64,000 bases of DNA from Macrostomum lignano (GCA_002269645.1 NIVC01001184.1:278540-342539), one strand, 5' to 3'. Counted from the first letter of the stretch, positions 49,146 to 61,614 are shown. Translations and numbers: made by a program. The notes: generated by a model not told the origin, from the sequence alone.

Positions 49146-50150
49146 TTGTATCCAGCTTTGACTCCACAGTTGCTTTTAGGAGAATGTTTCCTGATTTATC
49201 AATTGCAAGACTTTTTGTTTGGCAGGATAAAAGTGACATACTTGACTATTAAAACACTAGAACCAGAATTTATGGCAATGCTAATTGAGAAGCTATCAAA
49301 ATGCCCATTCTTGGTTCTTCTCAATGAAAAAACAAGCAAAAATAGGTCCTTTGTTGCCTTTCTAGTGCACCATTTAGATCTAGATAAGAAAGAGGTCATT
49401 ACTATTTGCTTAATACCATGAGAAGTGAAAAGGGTAGTATAATTGCAAAACTACAAAAGGAACCCAGCTTTAGCATATTCTCAATCTTGGTGGTTGCTCA
49501 CTACACCATGTGCACAATGCGACCAAGTATGCTATCACTGCACTGGGAGAAATAGAGCAATTTGCTAAAAGCATCTTCAACTACTTTTGCTATGCCAAAC
49601 GAAGGAAGAATATTAAAGTGATTCAACAAGAGTTACAAATTCTGGAACTTTCTCTATTCTAGCCATTTGAGACCCGCAGGTTGCAGATGCATCTAGTCAT
49701 CAGTCAGCTTCTTGTTGTGTGGCCTGCTTTGAAACACTTCAGCCAAGCTCCAGATGATTCCAATGAAGACACAGAGAACAAGATGCAACTAAAGCATATC
49801 AAGCTTGCGACTACAAACAATACCAGACTCCTGAAACTCCAATTTCTTTAGGATGCACTGCAGCAATGCAAGAAGTTTGAACTTCTTTTTCAAAGGAATG
49901 AACCTCTGATTCATGTCCTTTTCCAGAAGATGGATGATCTGTTCAAGTCTGTTTTTGTCTGCTTTGTCTCACTCAAAGGAAGCCATAGAAGGCAGGGCTA
50001 TGCAACAGATTGACTTCAAAAATTATGTCAACCACCTTTCAGCCAAGCAGATAATTATTGGCAAACTCACACAGACAGCTACCAAGAAGCATAAAGAAGC
50101 AATGCATTTACTAATTAGTGCTGAAAAAGATGATCAAAAGACTCTGTAGA
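49146..50150 (+). pseudogene. Degraded hAT-like transposase fragments
   Basis: Broken frames read PFLVLLNEKTS and SIFNYFCYAKRRK...F*PFETRRL...WPALKHF, resembling the hAT DE-TS and TRW regions, with stops. Confidence 0.5.
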
Positions 50151-51734
50151 AGGAGTGCTAGAACCTGTTGAGTCCCTAGATTCCCCAGTCAGGGGGGCCT
50201 TTGCATCAGAGTTCAAGGTGCACTAGCACTGGCATGGTGTCAACTATGGTTCAGGGCACATCCAGTAAGAAGAGGAAGGACTGATCCTTCAATGTAATCA
50301 TTAGTTGATTTTTTTAATGCAAATGCACAGACTTACAACAATATACCATTGTGTTTTTTTAATGTTCTCAAGAACACAAATGTAATGTCAGTATTAGTAA
50401 TTAAAATTAGCTAGATTAGTTGTATAAGAATTATGTTCAATTCAAACTTACTCTCTACTAAGTTTTAATTCTTACAATTTCATTTGAACTTCACTTAAAA
50501 AAAGACTAGTTGCTTAATTAGATCATTAATTAGATGTTGAGGTACTTTTGTTACTTAAAAGTGTCATAGTTACTCCCACTATTTACCTTATTACTTTTTG
50601 CTTATATTTGGAAACACATTTGAATTTTTAGATTTAGAAATTTTTGGACATTAAGATTTGGTTTTAAAAAACTTGCAAAAATCTTTATTTGGTCTTATCA
50701 TTACATGGGACCCTCATTGAAGTCTTTACTTTTATAGTTTTTTTTATTTTTATGAGCAGAGCTTATATTTTTTTGTCTATTATACTACAGTACTATATTA
50801 TATATATTATATAAGTAAAAGCTTTTTATTACTTTTGCTACAAAAAGTGAATAAAAAATTTTAAGTGGCTAGGCCAAGGTCTAATAATTTGCTAGGCAGC
50901 TTTTTAAAGAAAATGTTATTATCTACAAAAATAAATGGATAAATATAAATATAATATAGATAATCCTAGGTCGATTTGGTAAGAAAACATTTTAGTGATA
51001 ATAACTTTGGTGACAACTTAGGACATTTCAATGACACTAGTGGTAAATTCAATGACAAGGTTTTTAGACTTGATTTTACTAAACTTCTTTATTAAAATAA
51101 AAAAATGTAAAAAAAATAAAAAAATTTTTTATAACAAAATTTGTTTAAAAAATTAAAAAAATTTTAAAAAACACTAGGCCTATCATTAATATTTTATTTG
51201 AGTGCATTTGATAGCATAAAATTATATTATAGTAGCATGCCATTCATATCCAATGGCTTAAATTGTGTCTACTTAAGTCAATGACAATTCTTTGATGCTT
51301 TGTTTTTTACCTTTAATTCTCATGGACCTGGGACAAGAACTGCAATTATCAACTTCCTTGTCTCCAATATGCCTCCCTACTTGGGCATGACAAGAAGTTG
51401 CTATGAAATATAAAGGAAACACATGCAGCTTGACTAGCTTGATTTCAATAGTGTTCTACCATAGCCATAGCTATAGCTATAAGATCCTATGGCAAATATA
51501 GTAAAATAGGTGCCTATGGGCTATGGCAGCTATGGATACGCCTAGGGCCTATGGTAGCTAGCTACTCTTATGGCTACAACTACAGAAATATAATAGTTGC
51601 TGTCATATTCCATAGATTCCTATAGGCCTAGCTATAGTTATTTATTTAAAAAAATGAAAAAACATTTGAAACAGGTAGAGTAAAACAAAGATACTTTAGT
51701 TAATTGTATTATCAACTTAGAAACTTATAAAATA

Positions 51735-52146
51735 TAGAGGTCGGACGGGATCCTGATCCCAATCCTGAAATCTCGGGATCCCAAAGAAAATTGAATTCCT
51801 GCGGGACCAGAATTCTGACCCTAAAAAACTCAAGATTTGGGAACAGGTCTTTTGATTAAAAATTTATAGAATTAGTGATTACTTGAAGGTATTTTGCTTT
51901 AACTTGTACTTGTTATATTATTTACTTTGTTGGTTACAAAACTTCATATCAATTTCATTATGTTTTACTTCTTGATCTTGACAATCTTTTCTCAATTTTG
52001 TTTAACTTTGCATGGACAATATACTAGGCCTATAAGACCTGATCCTGATTCTCAAATCCCAATCCCGATCCCAATCCCAAGAAAAAAATTAGGGCTTATT
52101 CCCAATCCTAATCCCACCTGAAGATTTCAATCCCATCCAACCTCTA
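51735..52146. mobile_element. Degenerate MITE with TIR tagaggtcggacggga / tcccatccaacctcta
   Basis: Imperfect TIRs and internal atccc repeats; no matching TSD found. Confidence 0.4.
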
Positions 52147-54704
52147 GAATATACCTAATAAAGTACAATAAAACACTAGCAAACTCTAATTTTTATTTAT
52201 GTGAAAAAGTTTAGCATTAAGCCCTAGTACTTTTAGTAGCAATTAAGCATTTTTGCTTTATAAAAAGATAAAAAATATTATTTTACAAAGGTAATCAAGT
52301 TTTTCTTTTATTTTCTAACTTAATTTGCAGTTTTTTAAACACTAGGTTATCTTCTTTAGTTAAAATATTTTGTTTTCTAGACTTTTTGTTAAAACTATGG
52401 CTAGGCCTACGGCTATGGGAACTATCTATGGGAATATGGTTGGTAATATTGGGGAGAATTGGAATAACCCCTAGTTTTTACCCCTAGTTAGTAGCCATAG
52501 CTTATGGCTACAGCTATGGTACATGGACCCTCCTTACAGTGGAACACTAGATTTCAAATAATTGGAAAGCAGTTTATAAAAAACTACTGCAGTTGCTCTA
52601 TCTAGATTCTAGTATCTATTAGTATATTACCAACGAAAAGTAGTAAAATCAAGTCTAAAAAAAGCTTGTCACTGAATTGACTACCGGTATCACCGAAAAG
52701 CCTCAAGTTGTCACGAAGTTTTTGTCACCGAAATGTCTTGTCAGTTGTCACCGACACCAAGTTGATCTGGAACCATACCATATGATACAGATTACAGACA
52801 TATCTACGAAAGTAACAAAAATATATCGTTCCTTCGAACAAAGAACAAGATAGATCAAAGTCAAAGTCAAAGCACTGCCCATTTTTGCTACTAACATTAT
52901 GAATTAGCCTCGGCTTTGTATGGTTTGGTTGGTTGGTTTGATTTCTAACCAGATTCAAATTCATAAACCGGTTTGGCGTTTTAAAAACTCTGGTTCTAGG
53001 AAAAATCATTTTTTTGCAATCAAAGACTTGAAGAGTTAAAACAAATATCTGAATTGTTGTTAAGTATTTTTGTCACAGTGGTTTGTTATGAAATACATTT
53101 GAAAAATTTAAAATATGAAGATTAAAGACAGTAGATTTTCTCCGTTTCGAAATACTTTAAACGCTTAACTTTTTTTCAAAGTTTCGCGTTATAACTTATA
53201 GATCTTAACCCAAATGCATACCCCACTTCTAAAGTAAGCTGTATAGGTAAACTAAGATTGTGCGTGGTAATGTGCATATACATGTCATCATTCTTAACGA
53301 ATAAGAGTTACTTTCTAGGATTGAATGGTATCCCCTGTCAGAACTCATGATCAACAGCACTACTTGTAAAGCAACAAAATTGTGAGACATAAAGAATGAG
53401 TCTAAACAATCTCGTTTACACGTTTTTCAGACAACGAGCTGAAAAATCTATGGTTTTCTCAGCCAATATCACCTGTAACGTAGTAAAAAGCTCATGTGGA
53501 TTGCCAGGCTACGACGATGTACATGTACGCATTGTTGAACTGCACTTTCAAAATCAAACAATTTTTCTACGTATATATGTGTAGCATGTTGCAACCACGG
53601 TCCGGGTTGCAGGGGGAGCCCATTCATTTTTTTCGGGCATCTCCGCTCACGCTGAGGCCAGAGGCTTCGGCGTCGTCGGGGCATGCGGCCGCGCCGGCTC
53701 CCTGCCCCCGCTGCTGTCTCTCGCATAAAACTCCCCTCTGTAGCCTTACTGTCTGCACCTCGATTAGATCCGCATGGTTTTGCGACTGATCTTATGTAAT
53801 TCCCCTTAATTCCCTTATAATCCCCCTGTGGCGCTGTCTCATTATATTTGCATAAGTCTATCGCTTTTCTTATTCTCTCTCTATTTTCACTTAGCAGAAT
53901 TATCTAGAATACATTTATATGCCTCTAATTCCAGTATTTTCTGAATTATTTACTAGCTACGTCATCTTCCCCTAGTTTAGTGCCTCCTGTTAATGTTCTT
54001 TATAGTTTTTACTCTCGCACCTTTCCGATTTATACTTGCTTTTACATAGTGCACATCACTCATGATCAACTTCCCTCTTTCCCCTGTCCCTGTGCAAGCC
54101 CCAACTGCTCACGCAAATTCCGTCAGCATTGTTGCCTCCTTTCCCCCCCGCCAATCTATATTCTCTTCTATTGCTACTTGTAGTGATCATTTTCGTAAGA
54201 ATTGTCTTCCCTCTGATTCTTTTTCCTAGCCAAATGCACATGCAGTGTCTAGTCTATAGACATGTGTAGGCGATCATCCCTGCTCCCACCCCCTCTAAAT
54301 CTTCCTTTACCCTCATTTGTTCTACGCTTCACCCACACGTGATATAATCCTATTTTTAGAAACAGCTATCTCAGTGACGCCAGAGACCGCCAATCAGACA
54401 ATGCCAATCAGAGGCCTAGGGATCGTTATGGCAACGACCTTATAGAGCATGACGTGACCAGCTTTGGGACTCAGAAACCCTCAGACTCAAATCACTATCG
54501 GTGCTGTCGTGTCGCGATCACGAATCCTTTGAGTCCTGGACGTCCTAATTTTGCCGGACCGTGCTAGCAGCGTCATCTATGGCATTGATCCTACTGGGGA
54601 ACAATACCGGCATCAGCCTCAAAAGCCTGGCAGTCCCTGCCGCAACATTAGCCAGCATCATCATCAACTCGCTTCTAGCCGCCTCCCGGCCTGCGACGTG
54701 CTCT

Positions 54705-54950
54705 CTCCCCCCCCCTCTCTCTCTCTCTCTCCCTCTCTCTCTCCCTCTCTCTCTCTCTCTCCCTCTCTCCCCCCTCTCTCTCTCTCCCTCTCTCCCCCCT
54801 CTCTCTCTCTCCCTCTCTCTCTGCCTCTCTCCCTCTCTCTCTCTCTCCCTCTCTCTCTCCCTCTCTCCCTCTCTCCCCCCTCTCTCTCCCCCTCTCTCTT
54901 TCCCTCTCTCTCTCCCTCTCTATCTACCACTCTCTCCCTCCTCTCTCTCC

Positions 54951-54984
<34 letters not shown>

Positions 54985-54985
54985 T
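54705..54985. repeat. (CT)n pyrimidine microsatellite
   Basis: Read directly. Confidence 0.9.
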
Positions 54986-55778
54986 CTGCATTCTGCCTCC
55001 TGTGAGTCTGCTCCTGTCTGTCATCATCTGCTTGGCTCACTTTTGAGCCTGTGTTTGCACTTTGCTTATCGCTATACAGATACTGAGTCCGCGTTTACTG
55101 TAATTAACATTTTAAATTACTTAATAGAGAATCTATTAACCGAGCTGTACTTACTACTATTATTAAGCTTACTACTTTTTAATTTTCCTCATTTAAACTT
55201 CAATGACTTGCTAAGCCTGTCCTTCAGGCGGTGAAGCTTAAGAAAGCTGTAGAAAGCCGTGAACAGGTGGCCGGCGCTGTGAGTGCGGGAGTAGTATAGA
55301 AAAAGACGCTTCTAGACCCAGAGCACTTTTTTAATGACCGTTTTAAGGGTCTAGAGGGGGGACACGGGGGGTAAATAAAAAAACACATCTAAACACCATT
55401 AACACATCTAATCACCCATAATCACCCCTAACAATAAAAATCACTTCCCAACACTTCCAAACACTCCCCAACACCCCCCTCGCGTCCCCCCTCCTAAGAC
55501 CTTACAAACGGCCATTAAAATAAGGTCTGATCTAGAAGCGTCTTTTTCTATACTACTACTCTATAACCCCTTGCCCGCGCCGCAGGCGCGAAGGGTCGGA
55601 AAGAATAGAAGCTATTTATAGTCAGCTCACCTACCCACCCAACATTCCATTTAGACCAGATTTTAGACCAAACAAAACTAGACTATCGTTTTGGTTTTCG
55701 TTTTCAAAAATTTGGTCTAAAATCTGGTCTAAATGGAATGCAGACAATCTTTTTCTGTTACTAAAAATAGAACAAAAA

Positions 55779-56177
55779 ATGACACACGTTACACATATGC
55801 AAAATCTGAATGAATTGCAGGTAGGAGACCCAGTTGAATACCGAGGTGAGGGGCTTTTTGATGTGGTTGGAACAGCAGCAAATTTTGTTAAAGACAATAT
55901 GGGGCTTATAGGGCAAGCTGGCTCTGCAGCAGGCTCTATAACAAATGCTGTAAAAGGAGGAATTGAAGCAGCTAGAGCGGCAGAAGAACTAAAGAAATTG
56001 AGAGATTTTAACGACACCCTCTCACAAATAAATGCAATAAAAGATTTAAAGCTGGCACAAGCCGCACAACCAACAGAAACCCCCACGAAAAGCGCACCAA
56101 TAAGTAATAAAGATATTCAGGATTTTAATAAAATGTTAAATACTATTAAAGGTGGAAAAGGATTAAAGAAATTTTAA
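55779..56177 (+). CDS. Putative virion core protein (Gly-motif protein)
   Basis: 132 aa with GEGLFD, an amphipathic N-terminal half and a terminal KGGKGL; resembles protease-processed core proteins of polinton-like viruses. Confidence 0.55.
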   Translation: MTHVTHMQNLNELQVGDPVEYRGEGLFDVVGTAANFVKDNMGLIGQAGSAAGSITNAVKGGIEAARAAEELKKLRDFNDTLSQINAIKDLKLAQAAQPTETPTKSAPISNKDIQDFNKMLNTIKGGKGLKKF

Positions 56178-56187
56178 CAATATAAAA

Positions 56188-57183
56188 ATGGGCTCAGTTA
56201 ATGATGATGAAAACCGGTTATATTTTATAGGAGAAATTGTAGATACTTTAGATCTTGATGATAATAAGCAAACCCACACAATGTTAAAAAGATTGGATCG
56301 ATTAGGTAAAAAGTTTGACTACGACATCGATACATTTAAACTCGCAGCAAAATATGCACAAGAAGGAAGGCCAATATCCTTTAAGAATCGCGGCAGAAAT
56401 TATAGGTTGACAGACTCCGATGTGAAATTTTTAATGGAGACTCACACTAAAAAGGACGGCGGATTACTACCCATTCTACCGCTTCTTTTAGGGCTTGGCG
56501 CAGCTGGAGCAGTCGGTTTAGCCGGAAAAAGAATTCATGATAATGTAAAACAGCTAGGAGAGTTAAGAGCGAAACAGGGGGGAATCTTGCCCCTTGCAGC
56601 TTTGCTCCCAATAATTTTTGCAGGAATTGGAGCAGCTGGAGGAGTTGCTGGCGGAGCAGCTGGAATTGCAAAAGCAGTAAATGACAAAAAAGCTGCGGAC
56701 GAAAAAGCTAAAAGAGAGGCCGAATTTCAAAGACAGCAAATAACGCAGGACGCACAATTTAAACAAAAACTTATCGATACAATTAATAGTAGTTCAGCAA
56801 CAGCTGAGCAAAAAAGAAATGCAGAAGCTAGGTTATCAGCTGGAAAAGGGTTAATACTAAAAGGATCAAATCATGGCAATGGTTTACTTTTACAAGGAAC
56901 AACCCAAGGAAGTGGAGTTGTCGCAGATAAACTACACGAATTTGGTCAAACTTTAGAAAAAACGGGCGAGAAAGCTAAAGGATTTTTTGACAATATTGGA
57001 TCCAATTTTAGACCAGCTGTTCAGAAAATTTTTAATAAATTAGGAAAAGATTTTAATATCATTGAAAAACACGACGGAAGCGGATTATATCTCGAAATGA
57101 GACCAAAAGCAGGTTCAGGAATTTTCTTAAATTCAAACGTTATGGGCAATGGATTGCTATTACCAAAAGCAGATCTCGAATAG
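56188..57183 (+). CDS. Adenovirus pX(Mu)-like core/membrane protein with duplicated hydrophobic domain
   Basis: KDGG|LLPILPLLLGLGAAG and KQGG|ILPLAALLPIIFAGIGAAGGVAGGAAGIAKAVND resemble the pX C-terminus (RGG|ILPLLIPLIAAAIGA). Six G[KNS]G-hydrophobic repeats follow. Confidence 0.65.
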   Translation: MGSVNDDENRLYFIGEIVDTLDLDDNKQTHTMLKRLDRLGKKFDYDIDTFKLAAKYAQEGRPISFKNRGRNYRLTDSDVKFLMETHTKKDGGLLPILPLLLGLGAAGAVGLAGKRIHDNVKQLGELRAKQGGILPLAALLPIIFAGIGAAGGVAGGAAGIAKAVNDKKAADEKAKREAEFQRQQITQDAQFKQKLIDTINSSSATAEQKRNAEARLSAGKGLILKGSNHGNGLLLQGTTQGSGVVADKLHEFGQTLEKTGEKAKGFFDNIGSNFRPAVQKIFNKLGKDFNIIEKHDGSGLYLEMRPKAGSGIFLNSNVMGNGLLLPKADLE

Positions 57184-57267
57184 GCTCCTGGGGGGAGGGT
57201 CTGGACACCAAAAACACAAAATTAAAAAATCAATAATTCAAACATTATATAAATTTTATTCTATAAA

Positions 57268-57459
57268 ATGGAAGCAATTTTAGCTCAAATCGACAACCCT
57301 GAACTTAGAGCACAATTAATAGCTCAAATCGATGCACAACGAATTGCCGATAGGGCTGAAATAGAAGCAAGAATTAGGGCAGAAAATGAGATACGTTTAG
57401 AAAGACAATTAAATGATATTAATAACCCCAACCACAAGGACAAAATGGAGCTGAAGTAA
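57268..57459 (+). CDS. 63-aa ORF, probably the frameshifted N-terminus of polB
   Basis: The polB frame is open from 57426 and overlaps this ORF. One extra A in the A4 run at 57442-57445 fuses them into 1327 aa. Confidence 0.5.
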   Translation: MEAILAQIDNPELRAQLIAQIDAQRIADRAEIEARIRAENEIRLERQLNDINNPNHKDKMELK

Positions 57460-57509
57460 TATATATAGATATAGATATAAATACAAATTATAAAGAATAT
57501 TTTAAACAA

Positions 57510-60500
57510 ATGAAAGATAAATTAAAGACTATATTAAACAATTATACTATAAGGCCAAATAACAAACGACAGCCAATTAAGTATAAAATAGAAGTTGAAA
57601 CAGAATTTAAAAAACCAAATATTCTTAATGCAAATTCAGAAATTGAAGTAATAAATAACTTTTCACAAGAATCATATAAAACATTATTATCAATGGGAAA
57701 TTACAACAATCAATTCGATCAAATAGAAGCTGAGTTTGATGAATGGATAGATAAGATGACAGAAAACGGATCTGGGTTTATATTTGTATCCTGTAATTCA
57801 GCAATAGTAAAGATTGCACCTATAGAAATTCTTAAAGGACGATCACATATGAAGCTCAAATTTAAATCACCTATGATTATAAATCCAGACAATAAAGATA
57901 ATAAATGTTTATTATGGTGTTTATTAATTCATAAATATCACAATCAAGTAGAATCACACATTAATAAAATATATAATTATAGACAATATGAGGATGAAAT
58001 AATAATGAAAAACATATCATACCCAGTAGCAATAGATGATATATATAAGATTGAAAAAATGAATGGTTTAAATATTAATGTGTTTACAATTGAAGAACCA
58101 AAAGATCTAGAAGAAATTTTAACCGATCGGACGGAGTCCGCGACCCAACAGGTCGATCCAGAATGGTATAAGAAAAACTGTTATCTTGTTAAGCCAGCAA
58201 CTGATATAACAGCACCAGATCAAATCGATCTTTTGTACATGCAGCGCGAAAATGAAACACATTATATATACATAAAAGATATTAGTTCTTTTTTAAGAGA
58301 AAATAGAAATAGATATCCACTATGTAGAAATTGTTTTACATTTAAAAAGGATGAAACAGCTCTTAAAAATCATCAACGATTTTGTTTAGATCACAAATTT
58401 ACTAATGCTATAATGCCAGCATCTGAAGATGCAACCCTAAAGTTCCAACAACATTATATGGCAGTTAAAAAACCAATAGTAATATATGCTGATTTTGAAG
58501 CAACAAATGTTCCCTTAAAAGAATCACAGACGGTATCTGATGGCGGTGAATGCACAAAAAAATTGGCACAACAGTTTCCGAATAGTTATTGTATATATGT
58601 ACACTCTGTAGCTGATCATATATTTAAATCAAGGATGATTACTTACCACGGTAATGATGCAGCTAAGCACATGGCAGAATCATTAGTAAATGTATTTGAA
58701 TATATTCAAAATCAATATGATAAATTATCAAAAAATATTAATATGACAAATAAGGATAGAGACAATTATAAAAATGCAACAAATTGTTTTATGTGCAAAA
58801 GATATTTAAGTAAGAAAAATAAGATACGAGAACATTGTCATCTAACAGGAAATTATCGAGGGGCAGCATGTAGATCATGTAATGCAAAAGAAGGAAAAGG
58901 ATGTAAGGAAATACCAGTATTTTTTCATAATGGTTCCGGATATGATTTTCATTTCTTAGTTCGAGAATTGCTTCATTTAGGAAAGGATGAATATGAAATA
59001 AATATATTACCTAAAACATCAGAAAATTACATATCAATAACATATGGTAAGAAATACTCCCATCTAGTTTTTCTAGATTCCTTGAGATTCTTATCAACAT
59101 CTTTAGCAAATGTTGTTTCATCATTAGTTCCAAAACCATGGGATTTAGAAATAGTAAAGAAAAACTTTCCAATCTTATTGAATCGTTTCAAAAAAGAAAA
59201 ACTATCCGAGGAAGAACTAATGCTATTAACTCGTAAGGGCATCTACCCATATGAATATGTAACATCTAAAGAGGTATTTTCTCATACCGAATTACCCCCA
59301 ATTGAAAAGTTTTATTCAACATTATCACAAACAAATATAAGTGAATCGGATTATGAACACGCTCAAAAAGTATGGAAATACTTTAATTGTAAAACATTTA
59401 AAGATTATCATAATCTATATCTTAAAGCAGATGTTCTCCTATTAGCTGATGCATTTGAAAACTTTAGGAATCATACATATGAGAATTTTAAAATTGATCC
59501 CGCATATTGTTTCAGTGCACCGGGATTAACATGGGCTTGTGGTTTGAAACATACAGATGTTAAGATTGATTTACTAACTGATCATGATATGTTGTTAATG
59601 ATTGAGAGAGGAATTCGCGGCGGATTCTCGGGTGTACTAGGAGATAGATATACTAAAGTAAATAATAAATATCTACCAAATTATAATAAAAAAGAAAAAT
59701 CATCATATGTATTATATCTAGATGCAAACAATTTATACGGTGGTTGTATGAAACAAAAATTACCAATAGCTGATTTCCAATGGGAAGATGACCCCGATTA
59801 TTACAAAAATATTCCCGAAGGAAGGGGCTGTATTGTAGAGGTGGATTTGCAATATACTCGGGAAGCAAAAGCAAAAACATATAAATATCCTTTAGCTCCA
59901 GAGCATTGTTCAGTTAATGAAGATGATTTATCACAAACACAAAAAGATTATCTTAAAGCAGATAATGCAAAACATCTAGCAACAAAAAAATTAATATTAA
60001 ATTTACATGATAAGAAAAACTATGTAGTGCATTATAAGCTTCTACAATTTTATGAAAAACAGGGATTAAAAGTGTCTAAAGTACATCGAACAATATCGTT
60101 TATTGAGGAAGATTGGTTAGCTAAATATATTGACTTTAATTCAAATCAGAGACAGATGTCAAAAACAAATTTTGAGAAAGATTATTGGAAATTAATGAAT
60201 AATGCTTTTTATGGAAAAACGGTTGAAAATATTAGAGATAGAACCCAATTCCATTTAGAAAAGGATATTGATAAAGCAAAGAAATATTTCTCAAAACCTA
60301 ACTTTAAAGACTTTATAAAATTTGATGATAACTTTATGGGTATTCATATGAGAAATAAAACAACAAAATTTCTTAAACCAATATTTATTGGAATGGTTGT
60401 TTTAGATTTTGCAAAGCTAGTAATGTATGAATACTATTATGATGTTATAAATAAAACATGGCCAGATAACTATCCAATATATGCAGACACCGACAGTTTG

Positions 60501-61250
60501 GTATTTAAGGTTGAAACAGATGACCGGACGGAGTCCGCGAACCAAAGGTTCGATGTCTATAAAGATATGGAAAAAATTAAGGATACATTGGATACCTCCG
60601 ACTATCCGGATAACCATCCTTTAAAATCAGATCAAAATAAAAAAGTTGTACTTAAAATGAAAGATGAATTAAATAGCAAAATCATAACCGAGTTTATAGC
60701 AATAAGATCAAAATGCTATGCATTTAAGGTTTTAGGACAGGAGGGAGAGGTAAAAAAAATAAAAGGGGTATCAAGAGCAGCAGTAAAAAAGATAACATTT
60801 GATGATTATAAAAACGTACTTTTAGATTACCTTAATACAATTGAAAATTATCATGCTCCACAATATCGATTAAATTCAGATAAGCATCAGATGTTTGTCA
60901 TCGAGACAGATAAAAAAACATTAAGTCCATTTGATGATAAAAGATATTTAGATGATAAAATTAAAACATATCCATATGGTTTAAAAGAAGAGATAAAAAA
61001 TATGATAAAAGATAAAAAACAAAAAGAAGATATAATAAGTAAATATAATGAATACAAAGCGGCAATAAATAATTATTATTACGATTGTGATTGTGAATCC
61101 GAATGTGATTGTGAATATAATACATTTCTAGAATATGAAAAAGATATAGATAATTATTATTCAACATTTCCAAAAGAACTTAAAAAATTAAATAAGGAAA
61201 AAGTCTTGAATAACTGGAAGAGATTAACAGAAAAATTACTTATCGGATAA
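57510..61250 (+). CDS. polB: Protein-primed family B DNA polymerase
   Basis: Cys/His motifs NKCLLWC and THYIYIK (vOTU-like), a C2H2-like finger, ExoI IYADFE, EndoVII-like EHCHLTGNYRGAACRSCN, ExoII HNGSGYD, ExoIII YLKADV, and polymerase motifs YLDANNLYG, KLMNNAFYGK and YADTDS. Confidence 0.95.
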   Translation: MKDKLKTILNNYTIRPNNKRQPIKYKIEVETEFKKPNILNANSEIEVINNFSQESYKTLLSMGNYNNQFDQIEAEFDEWIDKMTENGSGFIFVSCNSAIVKIAPIEILKGRSHMKLKFKSPMIINPDNKDNKCLLWCLLIHKYHNQVESHINKIYNYRQYEDEIIMKNISYPVAIDDIYKIEKMNGLNINVFTIEEPKDLEEILTDRTESATQQVDPEWYKKNCYLVKPATDITAPDQIDLLYMQRENETHYIYIKDISSFLRENRNRYPLCRNCFTFKKDETALKNHQRFCLDHKFTNAIMPASEDATLKFQQHYMAVKKPIVIYADFEATNVPLKESQTVSDGGECTKKLAQQFPNSYCIYVHSVADHIFKSRMITYHGNDAAKHMAESLVNVFEYIQNQYDKLSKNINMTNKDRDNYKNATNCFMCKRYLSKKNKIREHCHLTGNYRGAACRSCNAKEGKGCKEIPVFFHNGSGYDFHFLVRELLHLGKDEYEINILPKTSENYISITYGKKYSHLVFLDSLRFLSTSLANVVSSLVPKPWDLEIVKKNFPILLNRFKKEKLSEEELMLLTRKGIYPYEYVTSKEVFSHTELPPIEKFYSTLSQTNISESDYEHAQKVWKYFNCKTFKDYHNLYLKADVLLLADAFENFRNHTYENFKIDPAYCFSAPGLTWACGLKHTDVKIDLLTDHDMLLMIERGIRGGFSGVLGDRYTKVNNKYLPNYNKKEKSSYVLYLDANNLYGGCMKQKLPIADFQWEDDPDYYKNIPEGRGCIVEVDLQYTREAKAKTYKYPLAPEHCSVNEDDLSQTQKDYLKADNAKHLATKKLILNLHDKKNYVVHYKLLQFYEKQGLKVSKVHRTISFIEEDWLAKYIDFNSNQRQMSKTNFEKDYWKLMNNAFYGKTVENIRDRTQFHLEKDIDKAKKYFSKPNFKDFIKFDDNFMGIHMRNKTTKFLKPIFIGMVVLDFAKLVMYEYYYDVINKTWPDNYPIYADTDSLVFKVETDDRTESANQRFDVYKDMEKIKDTLDTSDYPDNHPLKSDQNKKVVLKMKDELNSKIITEFIAIRSKCYAFKVLGQEGEVKKIKGVSRAAVKKITFDDYKNVLLDYLNTIENYHAPQYRLNSDKHQMFVIETDKKTLSPFDDKRYLDDKIKTYPYGLKEEIKNMIKDKKQKEDIISKYNEYKAAINNYYYDCDCESECDCEYNTFLEYEKDIDNYYSTFPKELKKLNKEKVLNNWKRLTEKLLIG

Positions 61251-61377
61251 AATCCGCGACCCTTCGGGCGGAAAAAAACTAAAGCATGTAATTGTTTAAG
61301 CATAATATCCATTTCGATTTCATATAATATTGAAGGCCAATTTTCCTCGCAGTCGTCAGGGTAACTTAAACAATCCT

Positions 61378-61614
61378 TTATTTTTTTCCTAAGTTTTTTA
61401 TTTTTCTAACCAATCTATCTATTTCAATTTCAATTACTGTTTCAGCATAAGCAATTGCAGATTTAATAAAACGTTTTCTTTTATCCATTTCATATCGGAT
61501 GGGAAACATATCGTCCCCATACTCATGATATTTCTGAGATATAATTATATTTATTTTTTTATTAATATCATTAAGTTCACGCTCTTTAGTGATAAGGATT
61601 TTTATCGTATCCAT
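61378..61614 (-). CDS. Hypothetical viral protein (78 aa, helical)
   Basis: ATG-initiated ORF tightly packed with its neighbours. Confidence 0.5.
   Translation of the reverse strand: MDTIKILITKERELNDINKKINIIISQKYHEYGDDMFPIRYEMDKRKRFIKSAIAYAETVIEIEIDRLVRKIKNLGKK

Noticed and set aside
53396-54241. Short ORFs upstream of the viral terminus as part of the element
   Set aside because: No recognisable motifs, they lie outside the AGTAGT end, and their composition differs from the viral ORFs.
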